The position numbers and the translations under genes were made by a program. The notes beneath the pieces are model-generated. The model had not been told where the DNA came from, made no database searches, and worked only from the letters and a program-made list of their open reading frames with translations. Positions 1 through 7,577 of a DNA stretch of 25,834 nt are shown piece by piece; the first letter of the stretch is position 1, and every line of letters begins with the position of its first letter. This DNA comes from an uncultured archaeon (lineage in GTDB: Archaea > Aenigmatarchaeota > Aenigmatarchaeia > CG10238-14): the NCBI GenBank assembly GCA_964392445.1, contig CAYMPD010000017.1, positions 1 through 25,834 of the forward strand, in the 5' to 3' direction.

Positions 1-1
1 A

Positions 2-244
2 CAGAAAATTAATAGAAAAAAGAGGGATTTCCAGCATTCGGATGTGATAAAAATCTTGGGAGCACTTAATTCTTTTGTTTGTCAAAATGGTCCAAAAATT
101 AAAACTATTTGGGCATTATCGCTTGATATGAAGAAACAAAATTACAAATTATACTGGGATATTTTAGGCGAAAGAAAGGAAAAAATACTTGGAATACAAA
201 CAAAAAGTAAGACGTTAGATTTAATTTCTATGAAACAGCAATAA
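2..244 (+). CDS. 3' part of an unidentified CDS running in from the left edge
   Basis: The frame of ORF 44..244 stays open back to position 2 (QKINRKKRDFQHSDVIKILG...), ends at TAA 242-244 and is followed by a new promoter. No family recognised. Confidence 0.45.
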   Translation, partial: QKINRKKRDFQHSDVIKILGALNSFVCQNGPKIKTIWALSLDMKKQNYKLYWDILGERKEKILGIQTKSKTLDLISMKQQ

Positions 245-257
245 CTTTATTAACTAA

Positions 258-265
258 TTTAAATA
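258..265 (+). promoter_or_regulatory. TATA box of the basic-peptide gene
   Basis: TTTAAATA (archaeal consensus TTTAWATA) about 40 nt upstream of ATG 304; an AGGT-containing RBS-like stretch (aaggtaaggttga) directly precedes the ATG. Confidence 0.6.
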
Positions 266-303
266 AGACTTATACAAGATAAAAAAATCAAAGGTAAGGT
301 TGA

Positions 304-435
304 ATGGCTGTAAGAAGAAAAAAAACATCTTCTAGGACTAAGTCATCGAAAAGAAAAACGACAAAAAGAGCTGGTGGAAAGAGAAAAAGTACAAGAAAAA
401 CCACAACTAGAAAAAAGAGGGCAAAGCGTCGATGA
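304..435 (+). CDS. 43-aa Lys/Arg-rich histone-tail/protamine-like peptide (not in ORF track)
   Basis: Manual translation: MAVRRKKTSSRTKSSKRKTTKRAGGKRKSTRKTTTRKKRAKRR*. 23 of 43 residues are K/R, 13 are S/T, none are acidic. Flanked by TATA box, RBS and T-tract. Confidence 0.75.
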   Translation: MAVRRKKTSSRTKSSKRKTTKRAGGKRKSTRKTTTRKKRAKRR

Positions 436-448
436 ACTTAAAAGTTGG

Positions 449-469
449 TTTTTGTTTTTTGTTTTATTT
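449..469 (+). terminator. T-rich archaeal-type terminator
   Basis: tttttgttttttgttttattt, 13 nt after the TGA of the basic peptide. Confidence 0.55.
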
Positions 470-483
470 CGTGATGATGATTT

Positions 484-906
484 ATGAAAGTTAAAGAACA
501 GACTCCTGGTGTGCTCGCGATAATTAGAAAGAACGATAAATTTCTTTTTCTGAAGAGAAGCAGTAAGAGTAGATTTGAACCTGGTAAATGGGGATTTGTT
601 GGTGAGGCTGTTAATTTTGGTGAGGATTTAATTTACGCATTAAAGCGTGGGATAAAAGAAGAAACTAATCTTGATCTGAAATCATGGAAATTATTGAATG
701 TTTATTCGTATGTTTTTGACTCTCCTGACAAACTTAGACATGCTGTACTTATTGCTTATGTTTGTGAATGTCATGGGGAGATTAAATTAAATCGTGAATC
801 AGATGATTATGGTTGGTTCACTGTTAATGAAGGGAAGAATTTAGATTTGATCAAAGGTAACGATATGGTAATAGAGGACTTACAGAAATTTGTTGATAAC
901 AGTTAA
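484..906 (+). CDS. Nudix hydrolase (variant box)
   Basis: FLFLKRS...PGKWGFVG followed by GEAVNFGEDLIYALKRGIKEETNL, a Nudix box with RE replaced by RG. Confidence 0.85.
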   Translation: MKVKEQTPGVLAIIRKNDKFLFLKRSSKSRFEPGKWGFVGEAVNFGEDLIYALKRGIKEETNLDLKSWKLLNVYSYVFDSPDKLRHAVLIAYVCECHGEIKLNRESDDYGWFTVNEGKNLDLIKGNDMVIEDLQKFVDNS

Positions 907-1479
907 AATATCTTCGTGAACTTCTTTAATACTCCTTTCCCCATCGATAAGAAACCAATCACCGAGAACATTTTCATCCACTTCTTGAAGATAAACTTGT
1001 CTGACCCTTTTCAAATATCCCAACTTCTTTTCATGATAATCCAACTTACCTTTCTCTTTCTTTTTTCTTTTCATGCTTGTTTCTGGTTTGATGTCAATGT
1101 AAATGATCGCATCCGGTTTTTGATAATTCATAAGTTCTACAAACTTTACTCCTTTATCGAATTTTAGTCCTCTTGCAACTTGATAAGGAATAGTTGATGT
1201 AATGTACCTGTCCATTATTAGTAACTTGGATTGTCTTAATTTCCCCATTTTTTTGGATGTTAATAACGTATCAGAAGCGAAGAGAATGAATGCTGCCTCA
1301 GTATCCAGTTCAAGTTTTCCTTCTAAGTAGGATTTAATTGCTTTACCAATCGGTGTGGAATAATCAGGTGAACGAAATAGTTGGTGAGGAATTTTTTTCT
1401 TTTTGAAATATTCTTTCAGAAGTTCAGTTTGTGTTTCTCCACCACAGCCGTCCAAACCTTCAATAACTATAAATGTCAT
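880..1479 (-). CDS. tmk: Thymidylate kinase family protein
   Basis: FIVIEGLDG P-loop start, F-A-S-D helix, DRY motif, PDAIIYIDI, LIDGERSIKEV lid/C-terminus. Walker A is atypical (GLDGCGGET). Confidence 0.85.
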   Translation of the reverse strand: MTFIVIEGLDGCGGETQTELLKEYFKKKKIPHQLFRSPDYSTPIGKAIKSYLEGKLELDTEAAFILFASDTLLTSKKMGKLRQSKLLIMDRYITSTIPYQVARGLKFDKGVKFVELMNYQKPDAIIYIDIKPETSMKRKKKEKGKLDYHEKKLGYLKRVRQVYLQEVDENVLGDWFLIDGERSIKEVHEDILTVINKFL

Positions 1480-1528
1480 AGAGATAATTATTTGTTTAAT
1501 AATAAATTGTTAGAGGGAGTGGTATTGA

Positions 1529-2116
1529 ATGATAGCTATATTAGTCGGATTAAAAGGATCTGGAAAGACAACTGTTATGAAAAAAGTTCAAGAAATGAAG
1601 CCTGAAATCAAACACATTGTTGCTGGGGATTATTTTGCGGAATATTATAAGAAAAAAGGATTGAAAAGGGATGAGGGAGATAAGAATGTTGAATCTTCCG
1701 AGCATTTTAGGATTCACAGAGAAGTTTTCAAGAAATTGAAAGAGGAAGCTGATAAACATGATCATGTCATCATAGATACACATGCTTTTTTAACTAAAAC
1801 TGAAGGTTTTTACCCTGGTTTACCATGGTTCGCATTAAAAGAATTGGAACCAGAAGTTCTGATAGCATTAGAGTATAGACCAGAGGATATACTTCAGAGA
1901 AGAAAAAAGGATGAAGAAGAACTGGGAAGAAAAAGGAGTGCTGCATCATCAATAGAAGGAGTTAAGCTTGAGTATGAGATTCAGAGGAACTTCTTGTGTG
2001 CGGCAGCCGGAATGACAGGGTGTACGGTTAAACTGCTTAGAAGGATGGAACCAGAGAGTTACAAATTTGAACATGTTGATAAGAATGCTGAGGAATTGTT
2101 GGAACTGTTCGAATAA
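1529..2116 (+). CDS. adkA: Archaeal adenylate kinase
   Basis: Walker A GLKGSGKTT; IIDTH..(KT.EGFYPGLP) signature of archaeal trimeric AdkA; EDILQRR.KD..R lid. Confidence 0.85.
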   Translation: MIAILVGLKGSGKTTVMKKVQEMKPEIKHIVAGDYFAEYYKKKGLKRDEGDKNVESSEHFRIHREVFKKLKEEADKHDHVIIDTHAFLTKTEGFYPGLPWFALKELEPEVLIALEYRPEDILQRRKKDEEELGRKRSAASSIEGVKLEYEIQRNFLCAAAGMTGCTVKLLRRMEPESYKFEHVDKNAEELLELFE

Positions 2117-2152
2117 TCTTTTATACCTTTTTTACCAATTTTATTACTAGTT

Positions 2153-2265
2153 GTCGGGGTAGTTCAGTGGTTAGAACGCTGCGCTCATAAACTTGAGTTG
2201 AATGAGCCATGATTTGATGATTAGGTGCATCGCAGAGGTCGTGGGTTCGAGTCCCACCCTCGACA
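2153..2265 (+). tRNA. tRNA-Met(CAU), elongator type, with about 40-nt anticodon-loop intron (2190-2229 or 2191-2230)
   Basis: Acceptor GTCGGGG/CCTCGAC + A73; D-stem GTTC/GAAC; anticodon stem CTGCG/CGCAG with CT-CAT-A; T-arm GTGGG-TTCGAGT-CCCAC. No A1:U72 or triple G-C, so not initiator. tRNA-Ile2 is not fully excluded. Confidence 0.9.
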
Positions 2266-2371
2266 CAATTAACTTATTAGTGGTATTTTCTATTTGGGTA
2301 ACTTTTTACCTGAAACGTTTGTGTCATTTTTAATGAAGAGAATATAAAAACCGATAAGGTATAGTAATTTT

Positions 2372-2608
2372 ATGCCAGCAGAATATTTCGATGTTAGTGT
2401 TTTACCAGAAACATCACTAGAGAAAGTGAGAGAAACAATTTTGAAACTTCGTGAAGGGGTATCAGAAATCTCAGTCAGAGGTTCTGAATTACGTGTAAGA
2501 ACTACAGAAGAATATGGACAATCACATCTTTATAATCTTTTAACAGGTTGGGTATACCATTTGCCAGGTGTAACTACGGTCACTTATGTACCTAGAAAAG
2601 ATTCGTAG
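2372..2608 (+). CDS. Small hypothetical protein (possible beta-alpha-beta-beta-alpha-beta fold)
   Basis: 78-aa ORF that fills the gap between the tRNA and the radical SAM gene; alternating strand/helix hydrophobic pattern; no family recognised. Confidence 0.55.
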   Translation: MPAEYFDVSVLPETSLEKVRETILKLREGVSEISVRGSELRVRTTEEYGQSHLYNLLTGWVYHLPGVTTVTYVPRKDS

Positions 2609-2690
2609 AGGAATTAATTTCAGACGAACTCGTTGTCTCTTTAGTTCTGTGTACAAAACCATTTTAGTACAGTAATGAATATATTGTGTT

Positions 2691-3614
2691 ATGAAATTCG
2701 GAAAATTATTTGACGTGTTTAGAACTTCAGTTAGCCATTTATCATTTAGAGGAGTAGCTTTTGAGATAACTAAAAATTGTAATTTAAGATGTAAGCATTG
2801 CTACTGCTATGAAAAGGGATCTAAATTTAAGGACATCTCTGATGAAAAGTGGATTAAAATTTTTGAAGATATGAAAAAATGGGGGGTTGTTCAAGCTGGT
2901 TGGGTTGGGGGAGAACCCATGTTAAGAAAAGATTTGATAAGTATTGGTAAAGAACATTTCCCAATTAATGCCATAATAACTAATGGAACTATTCCACTCC
3001 CAAAATGGAATGATGTATTGTTTGGTGTTTCTTTGGATGGAACTCCAGGAGTTTATGAGAAAATAAGGGGTAATTTAATTAAAAATCAGTACAAAAAGGT
3101 AGAAAATAATATTTTGGATGGAGTCGAAAAGGGAAATAAAATATGTGCCCTTATGACAATCAACAAGATTAATCAACATGTAATTGAGAAATTTGTAGAA
3201 CGTTGGTATAATACTGGAGTTAATGGTGTTATTTTCGATTTTTATACCCCACAAAAAGACGTAAAAAATGATCCTATATGGCTTTCTTTTAAAGAAAGAG
3301 ATGAAGTAATAGAAAGGTTAATCGATTTAAGGAAAAAATACAAGGGATTCCTTCCATGGAATAGTATTCGGGTTCTTAATAGTATGAAATCAGAAGTTTG
3401 TAAAATTCATACAAGTAACTGTAGGACTAGGGGTTTAAAGGAAGATATCAGTGTATTAAAGCTGAATTACAGAGGTAAAAGATCATATCCTTGTATTATG
3501 GGAGAAGAAAAAATTCAAGATGCTAAGATTGACTGTGATAGATGTGGTTGTATCTTCGCGTTTCCACAAGATTTAAGTGTTATGTGGACATCCTTAAAAA
3601 CGATTATTTGTTAG
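2691..3614 (+). CDS. Radical SAM protein with C-terminal Cys motifs
   Basis: CNLRCKHC (CxxxCxxC), GGEPML, ITNG, VSLDG; extra Cys in C-terminus (CKIHTSNC, CIMG...DCDRCGC) suggest an auxiliary cluster. Confidence 0.9.
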   Translation: MKFGKLFDVFRTSVSHLSFRGVAFEITKNCNLRCKHCYCYEKGSKFKDISDEKWIKIFEDMKKWGVVQAGWVGGEPMLRKDLISIGKEHFPINAIITNGTIPLPKWNDVLFGVSLDGTPGVYEKIRGNLIKNQYKKVENNILDGVEKGNKICALMTINKINQHVIEKFVERWYNTGVNGVIFDFYTPQKDVKNDPIWLSFKERDEVIERLIDLRKKYKGFLPWNSIRVLNSMKSEVCKIHTSNCRTRGLKEDISVLKLNYRGKRSYPCIMGEEKIQDAKIDCDRCGCIFAFPQDLSVMWTSLKTIIC

Positions 3615-3820
3615 CTAAAATATGCTTTGCAAGACCTGGATTTCCTCTTACCGACAAAGTAAGGGAAACGTATGCTAAATCTATCATTTCCCAATGGTTC
3701 CAAAATATTCTCTAATTTTTTCTATCGTCCCTTCTATAAAGAAATAATAATGATGTAAATTCTCTTTGATATATAAGTTCAATCAATGAAAAGAGTGGGA
3801 TCAAAAGCTTAAATGGGATT

Positions 3821-5119
3821 TCATACTGAAGGGGTCGATGGGCCTCCTCCTCCCTCCCTTGCGACACCAAGTATAGGACAATTTTCAGGATAACCAAGCT
3901 GTATTGCCCCATAAATATTCCAAACCAAGTTTTGGAAGTGTCTTTCACCGGACGGGATTCTGTATTTAGAATCCTCTAGTGTTATTTTGAACCTTACACT
4001 TCCACTCTCATGGGTCGTGACTTGTGGGGGTTTTGCTTGAAAATATATCGTGGGCGCTGTATCACATATGTCTGTTGGACCACGGTCACATTGACTTGCA
4101 AGACAGTCATTTCCATTGGTTTCAGAAAAACAAGTTATTTCCCAAGTACATGTCACATAATCATCAAAAATATTATCGTTATTATAATGATCGCATATAT
4201 TTTCTAAACCTTCTTCGATTTGTGGCTTTATCGAACCTGCAGGGGAACCGGCAATACATTCTCCCCATTTAGCAGCTATGTCTGATTGAACACCTGATAT
4301 TCTCCCAGGACAATCGAACGGTGCTGGTGGTATGAGTAGTTGTTTCCTATTCTCATCCACACAATCACTTACACTACCCCACTTTTCTCTCTCATAATCA
4401 TCAATAGTCACTAAATTGTCATTATCATCCAAAATATAACAGTCATGGCACCATTCAGGACCTACATCAGGTAATACACCACCTGAATTATCATTTATAT
4501 CAAAGTCATTATAAAGCCTGTAATACAGCCAATAAAATCTTATATCTTTTAAGTGAGCTTCTAAGTCAGCGCCATCGTTAACATAAACTGGATCACTAAT
4601 CTCTATTAATGAATCTGGTCCAGCAGTAGCACTAGTAGCAAATTCCTCGCATTCCTGTGAATTTTGTCTATCACAACTATCTTCTCCGGGATTGAAAACA
4701 CCCACACAAGTATATTCAGGTATAATTGCTTCTATTTCAAATAATGGGCCTTCTACATTCGTTGCAGTCGATACATAAGCATTAAGATAATTTCTTGTTC
4801 TCTGAGATATGGCAAATTCAACTTCTTCTGGTTCTGGAATTGTGTGATCAAATGTACAATACCAGAAAGTTTTTGAGCCTGTTCCACCATTTTCTGCTAT
4901 CTCTAGAACTGCCTGAGTAAATGAGAATTCCAATCCTCCTAATAACATGTTTTTCACTTGTTCCAATTTTTGAATAGATTCATCCTCTGTCGATACTCCC
5001 ACTGAGACATCTCTGCGACTCCCCCCAAATGATAGCTGATAACCCGCCCATATAGATAATCCTAAAACTCCAACTAGAGCTATTAAAGGAACCACTGAAA
5101 AAGAAATACCTTTTTTCAA
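3821..5119 (-). CDS. Cys-rich secreted protein with class III (prepilin-like) signal peptide
   Basis: MKKG|ISFSVVPLIALVGVLGLSIWAG N-terminus; Cys/Asp-rich extracellular body; last gene of a coupled operon. Confidence 0.7.
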   Translation of the reverse strand: MKKGISFSVVPLIALVGVLGLSIWAGYQLSFGGSRRDVSVGVSTEDESIQKLEQVKNMLLGGLEFSFTQAVLEIAENGGTGSKTFWYCTFDHTIPEPEEVEFAISQRTRNYLNAYVSTATNVEGPLFEIEAIIPEYTCVGVFNPGEDSCDRQNSQECEEFATSATAGPDSLIEISDPVYVNDGADLEAHLKDIRFYWLYYRLYNDFDINDNSGGVLPDVGPEWCHDCYILDDNDNLVTIDDYEREKWGSVSDCVDENRKQLLIPPAPFDCPGRISGVQSDIAAKWGECIAGSPAGSIKPQIEEGLENICDHYNNDNIFDDYVTCTWEITCFSETNGNDCLASQCDRGPTDICDTAPTIYFQAKPPQVTTHESGSVRFKITLEDSKYRIPSGERHFQNLVWNIYGAIQLGYPENCPILGVAREGGGGPSTPSV

Positions 5120-5136
5120 TTATAACACCTATTAAC

Positions 5137-6321
5137 TTATACCCAAGTTTTGATATAAATGTTAGCATATTCTCCAACATATGGGACAGGTATTGTTAAA
5201 GTAACAGAATTTATGTCTTTGCCTTTAGGGGGAAGGTTTCCCAATTCCATATATTGTCCAACTTCAAATTGATGGTCAGTGAAAATTTCAGCTATTTTAT
5301 CGGGAGCATCTTGTGCATTTGCCAGTTCATACAGTTCCCCACCTGTTACATCAGCTAGTTGATTCATAGAATCTGTAAGATGATAACTATTTACAATACA
5401 ATCTGTACAAGTTATCATGTCAGGATATCCTTGGATACAGACTGGATCGTCAGTCTTAGCTTTGAAGGGAAAAACATTCATAGTTATATCAGGAGCCTCA
5501 TTTTCAGTTGCATAATCGATAGCGACTCCTAAACTCTCATCATTATCTTGTGTTCTCCCAGCAGTACTAGCACTACCTGTTGGGAGTTCATCAGAAAGTA
5601 CTATTCCTATTTTAGCAGTAAAATCATACCAACCCTCATAAGGCCCTCTTAAAATACCACAGGCTAACCCTCTTCCCCAATCTTCCTCATTTTGTATAGA
5701 GATACCATAACTTCTACACTCGGAATTATCCATATCTATACAATGGAGATATTTTTTGGTGGAGAATGATCCCTCACATGATAAAGTACCACCTTCACAA
5801 CATTCTGCTCCACCCGGTAACATAAAAATAGTTGCTGCCACGTTATAACCCTCTCCCCTTAAAGTCTCAATTACAAGAGGTAAATTAACTTTTATATTTT
5901 GGAAATCATCACACAAGCTCCCAGAAGTATCTATTACCATTATTATTTGATACCTTGGGATAACGTCTGGATAAGGTATTTTAATATACCATTTGTTTTC
6001 ACCATAAATTTCGTTCATTCTCCATGTTATTTCTTCTGAGATATCGACTGAACCTGTACTTGGACCAAAGTCCAGGCTCCAATCTGTTTGAAAAGCTACA
6101 AGACCTAACAACTCCAATAATGTTTTCTCAGTTTTTTCTTCAGTTGTTTGTAATATACTGACTGTCCCCGCTCTTTGACCTTCTATTTCTTGTCTTTCCA
6201 CCAGCCTTGAAAAACTCTCACCATAACCAGTGGCTAAATATCTCCTCATAAAAAGAATAACTACGATAATTGTGATAGACAATGCGAGAAAACCCAACAT
6301 TTCTAAAGTTTGTCCTTTCAT
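5137..6321 (-). CDS. Prepilin-like protein with inserted VWA domain (TadG/PilY-like architecture)
   Basis: MKG|QTLEMLGFLALSITIIVVILF; VWA beta1 IIMVIDTSGS (intact DxSxS MIDAS), IGIVLSDE, MNQLADVTGG. Confidence 0.8.
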   Translation of the reverse strand: MKGQTLEMLGFLALSITIIVVILFMRRYLATGYGESFSRLVERQEIEGQRAGTVSILQTTEEKTEKTLLELLGLVAFQTDWSLDFGPSTGSVDISEEITWRMNEIYGENKWYIKIPYPDVIPRYQIIMVIDTSGSLCDDFQNIKVNLPLVIETLRGEGYNVAATIFMLPGGAECCEGGTLSCEGSFSTKKYLHCIDMDNSECRSYGISIQNEEDWGRGLACGILRGPYEGWYDFTAKIGIVLSDELPTGSASTAGRTQDNDESLGVAIDYATENEAPDITMNVFPFKAKTDDPVCIQGYPDMITCTDCIVNSYHLTDSMNQLADVTGGELYELANAQDAPDKIAEIFTDHQFEVGQYMELGNLPPKGKDINSVTLTIPVPYVGEYANIYIKTWV

Positions 6322-7058
6322 TTACTCACCAATAATATTTTATCTTCCTGATAATTAACCGTTAATTCGTAAGTCCCTTTGGATTTAAAACCATCAAAAT
6401 AAACTAAAGAACATATTAATTCCCTACAAGAGCCATCCATACACAATCTACCCTCTTTGTAGGTTACAGGCTTGCTAATCTTCAGGTTTGTTATCATTGA
6501 TGAAGCTCTATTCAATTCTCCCATTCTACAAGACCAATCAAAAAAACCTGCTAATTTTTCTAGTTCTCCATCTACTAGTCTTATGTGCATTTTTCCTAAT
6601 TTTACGTTATCTTCAGAGTATTTGATACTAACCGGTATCCAGAACTCAATTTCATTGTTAAGTATTTCTCCCGTTGAGAATTCTTTTGTACCAAACTTCC
6701 ACTCTCTCTCTACACCACCTTCACCAATCTGTTCTACCCTAACTCTCCAACCAAAATCATAGTTTCTAGCGCATTCTGGTTCTCTGTTCTGCCAAAGTAA
6801 TTGGAAATCATTAAGTTTTTGAACATCAAGAACATTCCCTTGAACCTTATCAGTAACGGATGATCTATGAGCAAGACACATCTCTGAGTTCGAGAGTATA
6901 AGAAGAATATTTGTCCCAGTACCAACTAGGTCAAGACTTTTTTGAGCCATTCTTTCTTTTCCTCGACTTGAATAAATGGATTGAAGGAGGACTATCAAGA
7001 GCACTATAACTGCTATTAACATCATCGGTTTCATTATATATCCTGTTTGTCCTTTCAT
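6318..7058 (-). CDS. Prepilin-like protein (start reassigned to ATG 7058)
   Basis: MKG|QTGYIMKPMMLIAVIVLLIVLL. TAATG overlap with the upstream stop and ATGA overlap with the downstream start indicate translational coupling. Confidence 0.75.
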   Translation of the reverse strand: MKGQTGYIMKPMMLIAVIVLLIVLLQSIYSSRGKERMAQKSLDLVGTGTNILLILSNSEMCLAHRSSVTDKVQGNVLDVQKLNDFQLLWQNREPECARNYDFGWRVRVEQIGEGGVEREWKFGTKEFSTGEILNNEIEFWIPVSIKYSEDNVKLGKMHIRLVDGELEKLAGFFDWSCRMGELNRASSMITNLKISKPVTYKEGRLCMDGSCRELICSLVYFDGFKSKGTYELTVNYQEDKILLVSK

Positions 7059-7486
7059 TAATCCACCTGATCGCATGGTTCATCATAGACATATATATCC
7101 AGACCCTTTTTAGCAAAGCATAGGACTTTGGGATTTTTGAATGGGTACGCATACCACCCACTCCCTGGATTTGGATGTAGTATCCCGGAGAAAGATTTCT
7201 TAACAGTCTGATCCCCATAAGTCACAAAAACAGATTTATAATCGATCCTAATATCAACATTTATCCCCTCTGGTAGTCTATATTCACTCTTCTGCTCTCC
7301 TGGCATTGCTGCTTCTCTATCGATTATTAAAGCTATATCTCTGGCAATTGATTCGAATAGGTTTACATAATTCCTATCTGCTTGCATTGATAATACAGTT
7401 CTAACCACAAAAGCCATTAGAATAAAGGATATAACTATTGAAAACCCTGTCAACATATTCTCTGAAAGAACTGTAGAACCCTTCAT
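7058..7486 (-). CDS. Small prepilin-like protein (ATG 7486; alternative GTG 7495)
   Basis: MKG|STVLSENMLTGFSIVISFILMAFVV followed by a short beta-rich domain; AAGTGA RBS-like motif before the ATG. Confidence 0.7.
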   Translation of the reverse strand: MKGSTVLSENMLTGFSIVISFILMAFVVRTVLSMQADRNYVNLFESIARDIALIIDREAAMPGEQKSEYRLPEGINVDIRIDYKSVFVTYGDQTVKKSFSGILHPNPGSGWYAYPFKNPKVLCFAKKGLDIYVYDEPCDQVD

Positions 7487-7577
7487 AGACTTCACTTAAA
7501 ATATTGGTTATTGTTCTTAATAAAAATTAGAACTTGAGAAAAAAACTTTATTTAATCAAAAAACTAATTTTTTGTTT

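Noticed and set aside
3542-3820. 57-codon alternative-frame ORF from ATG 3542, possible TAG readthrough of the radical SAM gene, and ORF 3712..3948
   Set aside because: No RBS, motif or other recoding signal was seen; they are best treated as chance open frames in a convergent intergenic region.
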